From an uncultured Ruminococcus sp. (GTDB lineage Bacteria; Bacillota; Clostridia; Oscillospirales; Ruminococcaceae), in NCBI GenBank assembly GCA_949299215.1, contig CASFZT010000002.1, positions 1-49,781 on the forward strand: a DNA stretch of 49,781 nt. Reading direction: 5' to 3'. Each line of letters starts with the position of its first letter. The first letter of the stretch is position 1. The translations under genes were made by a program, and so were the position numbers. Below the pieces are notes generated by a model. It made no database searches, was not told where the DNA came from, and saw only the letters and a program-made list of their open reading frames with translations. Of this stretch, positions 1 through 7,415 are shown piece by piece.

Positions 1-1307
1 TCTCCCGTGAGACATTTTATCCTGTCCTCAAGAGAGGGAGTGTCATTGTCAAAGAATGAAAGCTGGTCGCCTGCGGTGTTTTCCTCAAGCTCCTTTACTA
101 TGCTTGCGGAAATAAGACTGCGCATCATGCCATCTTGTGTGAAAATAAAACCATCGGCACGCTTTCCGTTGCATATAATGAAGTAAACGGCTCTTTTAAG
201 AACAACTCCGAGCCGTTTAAGATCGGGGTAGTCAAGCTTTGTCTGACGCCTTGCGGTGATTATTCTGTATGCCGATTTTACGCCTATGCCGGGTACACGC
301 AGAAGCATTTCGTAAGGCGCACGGTTTATTTCAACAGGAAATAATTCGGGATGATGTACTGCCCAGTTGCATTTCGGGTCAAGCAGGGGATCAAAGCTGC
401 AATTTTTTTCGTCAAGTATCTCATCTGCCTTGAAGCCGTAAAAACGCAGAAGCCAGTCCGCCTGATAAATACGATGCTCACGCAGAAGCGGCGGCTTTGT
501 GCCCGCAGGAGGCAGAAGCTTTTGGTCGCCGACGGGGATATATGCCGAATAGAATACACGCTTAAGTCCGTATGTCTGATATAAGGATTCCGACAGCCGC
601 AGTATCTGGAAATCACTGTCGGGAGATGCTCCGATTATCATTTGCGTGCTTTGTCCCGCAGGCGCAAATTTTGGTGCATTGCGGTATTGTACAAGCTCGG
701 TATGATTTTCCTGTATGCGCTTTGAAATTTTTCCCATAGGCAGAAAAATTGAGTTTTTAGATTTGTCGGGCGCAAGCAGATAAAGACTTTTCTGTGAGGG
801 CAGTTCGATATTTACGCTTATCCTGTCCGCAAGCATACCCAGCCTGTTTATAAGCTCGCTGTCTGCGCCGGGGATAGCTTTGGCATGAATATATCCGGAA
901 AAGCTGTATTTGTTGCGCAGCAAAGACAGCGTTTCAATAAGCTGTTCGCAGGTGTAGTCGGGGTTTTGTATGATGCCGGAGCTTAAAAATAATCCTTCTA
1001 TATAGTTTCTTCGATAAAAATTTATGGTAAGTTCAGCAATTTCCTCGGGGGTGAAGCGTGCTCGGGGAACATCATTGCTGCGGCGGTTTATGCAATATTT
1101 GCAGTCGTATATGCAGTAATTTGTCATAAGTATTTTAAGCAGGGAGATGCATCGACCGTCCGAAGCAAAGCTGTGGCATATTCCGCACGATGCGGCATTT
1201 CCGATACCCTTTGAGTTTCCGCCGACTTTGTCCACGCCGCTGGAGGTGCAGGCAGCGTCATATTTTGCGGAAGCGGCAAGTATTTCAAGTTTTTCCTGTA
1301 CAGTCAT
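1..1307 (-). CDS. Putative DNA modification/repair radical SAM protein (TIGR03916-like); the 3' end runs off the window
   Basis: Absent from the ORF track because there is no stop inside the window. Manual minus-strand translation from the ATG at 1307 gives MTVQEKLEILAASAKYDAACTSSGVDKVGG... It contains the CX3CX2C radical-SAM motif (CIYDCKYC). The frame stays open to position 1, and the C-terminal part has an HhH-like VPGIGVKSA. Confidence 0.8.
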   Translation of the reverse strand, partial: MTVQEKLEILAASAKYDAACTSSGVDKVGGNSKGIGNAASCGICHSFASDGRCISLLKILMTNYCIYDCKYCINRRSNDVPRARFTPEEIAELTINFYRRNYIEGLFLSSGIIQNPDYTCEQLIETLSLLRNKYSFSGYIHAKAIPGADSELINRLGMLADRISVNIELPSQKSLYLLAPDKSKNSIFLPMGKISKRIQENHTELVQYRNAPKFAPAGQSTQMIIGASPDSDFQILRLSESLYQTYGLKRVFYSAYIPVGDQKLLPPAGTKPPLLREHRIYQADWLLRFYGFKADEILDEKNCSFDPLLDPKCNWAVHHPELFPVEINRAPYEMLLRVPGIGVKSAYRIITARRQTKLDYPDLKRLGVVLKRAVYFIICNGKRADGFIFTQDGMMRSLISASIVKELEENTAGDQLSFFDNDTPSLEDRIKCLTG

Positions 1308-1349
1308 AAAAAAAACGCCTCCAAACCAGCACAAATGTTCTACGAGATG

Positions 1350-1378
1350 ATTATATCACAGAACAAACGTTTTGTAAA
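1350..1378 (-). promoter_or_regulatory. Sigma-A type promoter for the radical SAM gene
   Basis: The minus strand reads TTTACA-17 nt-TATAAT, about 45 nt upstream of the ATG at 1307. Confidence 0.45.
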
Positions 1379-1429
1379 GAGGGTGCGCCAAATAATTTTT
1401 TGTAAATTTTATATTAATTTTTTAATAAA

Positions 1430-1470
1430 ACCGAAAAATATATACTTTTCAGTTGTACTGAAAGCAGGGG
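1430..1470 (-). terminator. Intrinsic terminator after nrdR
   Basis: The minus strand has the stem CTTTCAG/CTGAAAG followed by TATATATTTTT, just downstream of the nrdR stop. Confidence 0.5.
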
Positions 1471-1508
1471 ATAAAAAATCAGCCGCACAAAATGCACGGC
1501 TGAGAGAA

Positions 1509-1961
1509 TCATCCCTTGGGGTTTTTAAGCTCGGAGATTATGTCAATGAAGCTGTCAACATCGCTGAAATCCTTGTATACCGACGCAAAACGGACGTAAG
1601 CCACTTCGTCAATGTTTTTGAGCCTGTCAAGCACGATATTGCCTATTTCGGACGTCGTCACCTGAGAAGTCATGCTGTTGGCAAAGCAAGCCTCTATCTC
1701 GTCAACGATACCCGTTATGTCGGCAATGGATACAGGACGCTTTTTGACAGCGGTAGAAATACCCTGTATCAGCTTGTTGCGGTCAAAAAGCTCAATAGTG
1801 TTGTCTTTTTTCAGGACAAAGAGCAGAGGAGTTTCAACCGATTCGTATGTAGTAAATCTCTTGCCGCATTTTGTACATTCACGGCGGCGGCGTTTTTTGC
1901 CATCGGCAGGTCTGGAGTCAATTACTTTGGTGTCTTCATAACCGCAGAAAGGACAGCGCAT
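1509..1961 (-). CDS. nrdR: Transcriptional repressor NrdR
   Basis: 150 aa. It has an N-terminal zinc ribbon (MRCPFCGYEDTKVIDSR...CTKCGKRFTTYE) followed by an ATP-cone. Confidence 0.95.
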   Translation of the reverse strand: MRCPFCGYEDTKVIDSRPADGKKRRRRECTKCGKRFTTYESVETPLLFVLKKDNTIELFDRNKLIQGISTAVKKRPVSIADITGIVDEIEACFANSMTSQVTTSEIGNIVLDRLKNIDEVAYVRFASVYKDFSDVDSFIDIISELKNPKG

Positions 1962-1983
1962 AAAATTTTTCCTCCGTTTTCAG

Positions 1984-1999
1984 GCACAATATATAGTGT
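1984..1999. promoter_or_regulatory. NrdR box between the nrdR promoter and the nrdR start codon
   Basis: GCACAATATATAGTGT matches the 16-bp palindromic NrdR-box consensus acaCwAnaTaTwGtgt at 15 of 16 positions. Confidence 0.55.
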
Positions 2000-2013
2000 A
2001 TGCCTATATATGG

Positions 2014-2042
2014 ATTTTACCACAAAAAGGTTATTTTGTCAA
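2014..2042 (-). promoter_or_regulatory. Promoter of nrdR
   Basis: The minus strand reads TTGACA-17 nt-TAAAAT. Confidence 0.55.
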
Positions 2043-2153
2043 TACGGAGAGTATAATTTTAATATGGAATTTCTGTGCAGGCATGATATTTTGCGAGATT
2101 TGTTATATTAAATGCCGATATTTTGACAAATACTACAAAATAACCGTATTTCC

Positions 2154-2182
2154 TTGACTATTTGATAAAAAAGGTGTATAGT
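2154..2182 (+). promoter_or_regulatory. Candidate promoter of the sortase-like operon
   Basis: TTGACT-17 nt-TATAGT. It leaves a leader of about 240 nt before the first CDS. Confidence 0.45.
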
Positions 2183-2428
2183 AGTATTATCGGTAAGTAT
2201 ACGATATACGGATCTTGCGTAAATATGCTTGTCTGCATATGTTCGCAGTATCTTTAATATGATATTATCGGGCATGGTATTGGTGCGGTGGCAGGCGTCG
2301 GGGAATATGATTGCATGGGCGGAATCCATGCAAAAGGAAAAGGAAGTTTATTTTAAGGACGTGATGTTTTACCGTAAGCTGTATCGTAAACAGCGATAGC
2401 GGTGCTGATCCGGTAAGGCGTTGCTCCA

Positions 2429-3406
2429 ATGTTAGGATCTGATAATATGGCACTTTCATATTCGGCTAAAAAAGCCTACAAAAAAGCCGCAAAGCAAAAG
2501 AAAAAACGGCAGAGAGGTCATTGGCTGCTGATACAAAAGGGCGACAGCGTTAAGGAAATATGCAGCAAGCTGTTCACACAGTTTGCGTTGCTGGTGCTTA
2601 TCGTATGTATAGCCATACTTGCAAATGAGGCACGGCTTTCTATAAGCACAAAGCTTCTTAACGGTTCGCTTAAAGATATCTATTATGAGCTTTCAGGCGG
2701 TGAAAATCACGGTGAGCTGACGGGTGCGGCAAAAAAACTGCTGGAGATAAATCCCGACACGGTCGGCTGGGTGCATATCGACGATACAAATGTGGATATC
2801 CCCGTTGTGCAGCGTACCGGAGAGGACGGAAACAGCTATTACCTTGAAACTGCTTTTGACGGCAGCAAAAATAAGGCAGGCACTGTTTTTCTTGATAAAA
2901 GATGTGTACTGACTGCAAAGGAGCGGTCGGACAATCTTATTCTGTATGGTCATAATCAGAAGGATAAGACAATGTTCGGTGATCTGGCGTACTATAAGCA
3001 CGACCTTGAATATTATAAGGAGCACCCCGTTATAGAGTTCAGCTCCAATTACGGAACAAGCACATATAAGATATTCGGATATTTTGTAACGCCCGTCGAG
3101 AAGTATCAGACTGCGGACGGTGTGATATTTGATTATCATAATTATATTGAACTTGACAGCAAGGATAGATATAACGAATTTATTGATAATATAATGGCAA
3201 GAACACAGATAATCAACCCGTCGGTCGATGTGGAATATGGAGATGAATTTTTGACGCTTTCTACCTGTTCAAACGAGTTTGAACCGTCAAGATTTGTTGT
3301 TTTTGCAAGGAAGGTCCGTAACGGCGAGGAGGCTTATGTTGACGTTTCACAGGCTTATGTGAACGAAAATGCAAAGGAACCGGACTGGTCTGTCATTTAT
3401 GGATAA
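2429..3406 (+). CDS. Class B sortase-like transpeptidase, paralog 1 (N-terminal membrane anchor)
   Basis: 325 aa. It has a Lys-rich N-terminus, a KGDS..EI juxtamembrane motif, one TM segment, and an SrtB-type domain (NPDTVGWVHI, LYGHN, TLSTC, SRFVVFARKV). The start is uncertain; ATG 2447 is an alternative. Confidence 0.85.
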   Translation: MLGSDNMALSYSAKKAYKKAAKQKKKRQRGHWLLIQKGDSVKEICSKLFTQFALLVLIVCIAILANEARLSISTKLLNGSLKDIYYELSGGENHGELTGAAKKLLEINPDTVGWVHIDDTNVDIPVVQRTGEDGNSYYLETAFDGSKNKAGTVFLDKRCVLTAKERSDNLILYGHNQKDKTMFGDLAYYKHDLEYYKEHPVIEFSSNYGTSTYKIFGYFVTPVEKYQTADGVIFDYHNYIELDSKDRYNEFIDNIMARTQIINPSVDVEYGDEFLTLSTCSNEFEPSRFVVFARKVRNGEEAYVDVSQAYVNENAKEPDWSVIYG

Positions 3407-3429
3407 AATTAAAAATCAGAGGTTTTAGT

Positions 3430-4377
3430 ATGTCAGGATATAAAGAAAAAGAAAGCAAGGGCAAATCAGGAAGGGTAGTGTTTTTTGCTGCACTTGGGAT
3501 TTTGGCTGTTGCGGTCATTATAATTGCAGCTTATTTCATATCATCTTACAAGACCCGTAAGCTTAATGAAGAGCTTGCTGCGGAGCATACCACAAGGGTG
3601 ATTACGCAGATGACTACAGCTCCCGTTACGGAAACTGAAGCAACTACGGCCGAACCGCCTCCGCTTGTGACGCTTGCAAGCATGGAAAACTTTGTTTCGG
3701 CTAATCCCGATACGGCAGGCTGGATAAAGATAGACGGTACTTCAATAGATAATGTTATCGTTCAGACAGAGGATAACGAATATTATCTGGACAGAGATTT
3801 TTACGGAAAGAAATCACAGGCAGGTACGGTATTTGCCGATTTCCGTGCGGTAATGAATGACTATAACGAAAATCAGAGCGATAATATCGTGCTGTACGGT
3901 CATAATCAGGCTGACGGAACAATGTTCGGCACGCTTAACAAATATAAGATAAAACACTCAAATACAAGTAATTTTGATTTTTATCTCGAACACCCGACAT
4001 TTACTTTCTCAAATCTTTATGAGGAGTATACATATAAAATAATTGCTACCTTTATAACCGAGGTCGAACCGAAACATAACAGAAATGGAATTATTTTTGA
4101 TTATCATAATTATGTCAGCTTCAATTCCGGCAAAAGAACATATGACAGCTTTATTGAAAATGTTATGTCAAGAAGTGCGATAGATACGGGCGTTGATGTT
4201 TGTGAGGACGATAAATTCGTTACATTGTCCACCTGCTCAAATGAGTTTGAGCCGTCACGTCTTGTTGTAATAGGCAGAAGGGTCCGCGACGGAGAAAGCA
4301 CGGAAGTCGATACTTCAAAGGCTGTTCTCAACGAGGACGCTATTGAGCCGGATTACAACTTTATTTATAATCAGTAA
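3430..4377 (+). CDS. Class B sortase-like transpeptidase, paralog 2
   Basis: 315 aa. It has a TM anchor and the motifs NPDTAGWIKI, LYGHN, TLSTC and SRLVVIGRRV. An RBS (AGAGG) lies 8 nt upstream. Confidence 0.88.
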   Translation: MSGYKEKESKGKSGRVVFFAALGILAVAVIIIAAYFISSYKTRKLNEELAAEHTTRVITQMTTAPVTETEATTAEPPPLVTLASMENFVSANPDTAGWIKIDGTSIDNVIVQTEDNEYYLDRDFYGKKSQAGTVFADFRAVMNDYNENQSDNIVLYGHNQADGTMFGTLNKYKIKHSNTSNFDFYLEHPTFTFSNLYEEYTYKIIATFITEVEPKHNRNGIIFDYHNYVSFNSGKRTYDSFIENVMSRSAIDTGVDVCEDDKFVTLSTCSNEFEPSRLVVIGRRVRDGESTEVDTSKAVLNEDAIEPDYNFIYNQ

Positions 4378-4391
4378 CAGAGGAATTTGGA

Positions 4392-6287
4392 ATGTCTGAA
4401 AAAGAAAATGGCGGCAGAGAATATACTGTCGATGAAATTCTTAAAGAGTATGAAAGCAAAGATATCTCCGATAATGAGGATACGGATATTGCCGATGTAA
4501 ATATATCGGAGGATATTGAAGAAACAGACGAACTCGGCGATGACGATTTTATACCCGATGATGAGTCGGAATGGGCGCCGACGGCGGAAGAAATTGCCGA
4601 AGCGGCAGATGAGAGCTTATTAGCAGAGGAGCTTGAAGAGGAGGAGGCTCTTCCCGAGGAAAGCGGCAGCTTTGACGAAGAAGTATCCGAGATATTTGAC
4701 GATATGCCGGAAACGGATGTTACTTCCGAAACTGCGCTGACGGACGAAGATATCTCCAAACCTGAAGATATGCCCGAAACAAAAGAAGTTTCCGAAGAGG
4801 AACATATCTCCGAAACCGAAACTGCTCCCAAAGCCGAGGATAATGATAAGTCACAGCCAAAGAAAAGCTTTTGGTCGGGGCTGTTTCCCGTAAAAGGAGA
4901 CAGCGTGCCGGAGATCATCAGAAAGGTTATATTTTTAGTTGCTTCATGCGTTTTTGTGGGTGCGGGAGTTATGCTTGTAAGTACACTTGTGCAGTCACAG
5001 CAGAGCGTTGCAGACAGTGAAAAAATAAAGGAGCAGGTCACAACGACCGTGGCAACGTCAATTGACAATGATGGAAATGTTGTTACCATAGCGCCTACCG
5101 AAGAAGAAATTATCGAACATAACTTTGATGTTATAGAGTATTATAAAGAAATAAACGAAGATGTAAGAGGTTTTGTTGAGATAGAGGGCTGTGACCTTTA
5201 TCAGCCGGTAGTACAGGGTGAGGATAATGATTATTACCTTACCCATACCTATTATAAAGGCAGCAATAAAGCAGGCGCTATCTTTATGGATTACCGCTGT
5301 ATAGTTGAGGAGGACTATATGTCCCCGAATATCGTTTTGTACGGACACAATCAGGAGGACGGCACGATGTTCGGAAACCTTGATTACTATAAGCAGGATC
5401 TGGGCTTTTATGCAAGAAATCCTGCCGTTACCTTTAATACGGAATATGGCGTGGGTACATATCTTATATACGGATATTTCGTAACCAATGCGCTTCCCGA
5501 ACAGGACAGCAACGGCGAGGTTTTTCGTTATCATGACTATATAGAAACCATGAATGATGAAAATACCTTTAATTGGTATATTCAACAGGTGCAGGAAAGA
5601 AATTATATAGTGTCGCCTGTTGATGTTCAGTATGGAGATCAGCTGCTTTGCCTTTCTACTTGCAGCGATGAATTTTCAAATTCGAGATTTGTTGTGTTTG
5701 CAAGAAAGCTGAGAGACGGAGAAAAGGTTACCGATTATGATTTTTCCGAAACATATTTTAATCCGTATGCAAAGGGCGTTGACTGGGAGGCTATAATGTC
5801 TGCGGAAACAACGACCGAGGAGACGGATGAAACCGAAGAAACCGAGGAAACCGAAGAAACAACAGAATCGGAAGAAACAAGCGAAACCGAGGAAACGACT
5901 ATACCGGAGAGAACAACAATAGATTGGCTCACCGAAAGGACGAGGAAAACCTGGCGTACAAGAAAACCTACATCTCCCACAACTACCGAGCAAATGCCGG
6001 AGGAAACGGAGATAGTATATATTTTCGTAACGGATGAAAGCGGAAATGCCGTGACGGACGAAAACGGAGAAACGCTTACGGAAATAAGCGGATATCCCGT
6101 TACCGATGAAAGCGGAAATGTCGTGACGGACGAAAATGGAGAAACGCTTACGGAAATAAGCGGATATCCCGTTACTGATGAAAACGGAGTTACCGTTACC
6201 GATGAAAACGGCGCTGTTGTGACATCGGTGCCTGTAAGTGAGATAACTGACGAGGAAACAACCGAAACTGCCGGAGCAGATAGGTAA
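4392..6287 (+). CDS. Class B sortase-like transpeptidase, paralog 3, with a long acidic N-terminal region and a repetitive Glu/Thr-rich C-terminal tail
   Basis: 631 aa. About 165 aa of D/E-rich sequence is followed by a KGDS..EI motif and a TM segment. The catalytic domain has LYGHN, CLSTC and SRFVVFARKL. After it come an ETEETEETEE tract and 24-aa tandem repeats. Confidence 0.85.
   Translation: MSEKENGGREYTVDEILKEYESKDISDNEDTDIADVNISEDIEETDELGDDDFIPDDESEWAPTAEEIAEAADESLLAEELEEEEALPEESGSFDEEVSEIFDDMPETDVTSETALTDEDISKPEDMPETKEVSEEEHISETETAPKAEDNDKSQPKKSFWSGLFPVKGDSVPEIIRKVIFLVASCVFVGAGVMLVSTLVQSQQSVADSEKIKEQVTTTVATSIDNDGNVVTIAPTEEEIIEHNFDVIEYYKEINEDVRGFVEIEGCDLYQPVVQGEDNDYYLTHTYYKGSNKAGAIFMDYRCIVEEDYMSPNIVLYGHNQEDGTMFGNLDYYKQDLGFYARNPAVTFNTEYGVGTYLIYGYFVTNALPEQDSNGEVFRYHDYIETMNDENTFNWYIQQVQERNYIVSPVDVQYGDQLLCLSTCSDEFSNSRFVVFARKLRDGEKVTDYDFSETYFNPYAKGVDWEAIMSAETTTEETDETEETEETEETTESEETSETEETTIPERTTIDWLTERTRKTWRTRKPTSPTTTEQMPEETEIVYIFVTDESGNAVTDENGETLTEISGYPVTDESGNVVTDENGETLTEISGYPVTDENGVTVTDENGAVVTSVPVSEITDEETTETAGADR
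6027..6227 (+). repeat. In-frame 72-bp tandem repeat (two full units plus one diverged unit) inside paralog 3
   Basis: Units 6027-6098 and 6099-6170 are nearly identical and encode VTDESGN.VTDENGETLTEISGYP. A related partial unit follows. Confidence 0.9.
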
Positions 6288-6345
6288 TTTATCCGACAGA
6301 AGGTATTCTTGCAGATAAACTTATAAGAAAAGGAAGTTTTTGTTG

Positions 6346-7374
6346 ATGTCAATGACCGACGAGATAAAGAAGCCACAGAAAGTCAAGAAGAAAAAGAAAA
6401 AAAGCTTTTCCGAAGCGTTTATCCCAAGAAAGGGCGACAGTAAAAAAGAGATAGCAAGCAAGGTTTTTTCGCTTATCTCACTGGCTGTTCTTATTGTCTG
6501 TATTGTTATTCTGGGAGTGTACTTTTATCATCAGTTTGAAGCAAAGAAAAATAATGAAAATATAAAGGTCATATATAATCAGGCACAGCAGAAGAATGAA
6601 GCTGCCGTTACCGAAGACCAGACCTTGGTGGACGAATCCGTTCCCGAAGTGGAAAGACCTCCGCTTGTAAAAACATCTGCGGCAGAGGAAATGCTTGCTA
6701 TTAATAAGGATTATGCAGGATATGTATATATCCCCAATGTTATGAGCGAGGCTGTTGTAAAGACGGATAACAATGAATATTATCTGAATCACAATTTTTA
6801 TGACCAGACACGTTCGTGCGGTACGGTATTTGCCGATTACAGAAATGTTGTCAATGATTACAGCGATAAGGTAAGCGATAATATAATCCTGTACGGACAT
6901 AACCAGCGTGATGGCACAATGTTCGGAAATATGGATTATTATAAGTGGGATTATAAGTATTGGCTGAAAAATCCGTATATCTATTTTGATAACCATTATT
7001 CAAGCGGTACTTATGTGATCATATCTTCTTTTGTTATCAATACGGAGCCGGAGCATGATAACGGCAATGTGTTTGATTATAACAACTATATAAACTTCCA
7101 GTCGGAAGGAACATACACCTATGAAAATTTCATCAAGGAGATCACCGAAAGAAGCCATTTTATTACAGGCGTAGATGTTAATGAGGACGATAAATTTCTT
7201 ACCCTTTCGACCTGTACATATGAATGGGAGCCTGCACGTCACGTTATTGTGGCGAGAAAGCTCAGAAGCGGCGAGACGACCGATGATATAGACATAACAA
7301 AATTTACGGTAAATCCAAATCCTAAGTGGCCTGCAATATATTATAAATATAACGGAGGCTCATATCAGGAATAA
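6346..7374 (+). CDS. Class B sortase-like transpeptidase, paralog 4
   Basis: It has a poly-Lys N-terminus, a KGDS..EI motif, a TM segment, and the motifs LYGHN, TLSTC and ARHVIVARKL. ATG 6346 sits 10 nt after the RBS AAAAGGAAG. The track ORF starts at TTG 6340. Confidence 0.85.
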   Translation: MSMTDEIKKPQKVKKKKKKSFSEAFIPRKGDSKKEIASKVFSLISLAVLIVCIVILGVYFYHQFEAKKNNENIKVIYNQAQQKNEAAVTEDQTLVDESVPEVERPPLVKTSAAEEMLAINKDYAGYVYIPNVMSEAVVKTDNNEYYLNHNFYDQTRSCGTVFADYRNVVNDYSDKVSDNIILYGHNQRDGTMFGNMDYYKWDYKYWLKNPYIYFDNHYSSGTYVIISSFVINTEPEHDNGNVFDYNNYINFQSEGTYTYENFIKEITERSHFITGVDVNEDDKFLTLSTCTYEWEPARHVIVARKLRSGETTDDIDITKFTVNPNPKWPAIYYKYNGGSYQE

Positions 7375-7415
7375 TAGAAAAGAGAAGAGAAGAGGACAAC
7401 AGAAAGGACTTGCTT

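Noticed and set aside
1329-1340. LexA (Cheo) box-like GAACATTTGTGC between the -10 and the RBS of the radical SAM DNA-repair gene
   Set aside because: It is attractive biologically. However, one core half-site is GTGC instead of GTTC, and the flanking C/G of CGAAC-N4-GTTCG are absent. It is too weak to call without a genome-wide matrix and cross-species conservation.
1335-2111. 258-aa plus-strand ORF covering the nrdR region
   Set aside because: It is antisense to a clearly recognisable nrdR. It has no RBS or motif, and its composition mirrors the opposite strand.
4361-5089. 242-aa Ser-rich minus-strand ORF (and likewise 5735-6376, 213 aa)
   Set aside because: These are antisense shadows of the GAA/GAT-rich acidic and repeat regions of sortase paralog 3. 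Low-complexity mirror frames stay open by chance.
6027-6227. A possible CRISPR-like array, suggested by near-identical 72-bp direct repeats
   Set aside because: The units are directly adjacent with no spacers. They are in frame and sit inside a continuous CDS, so this is a coding tandem repeat.
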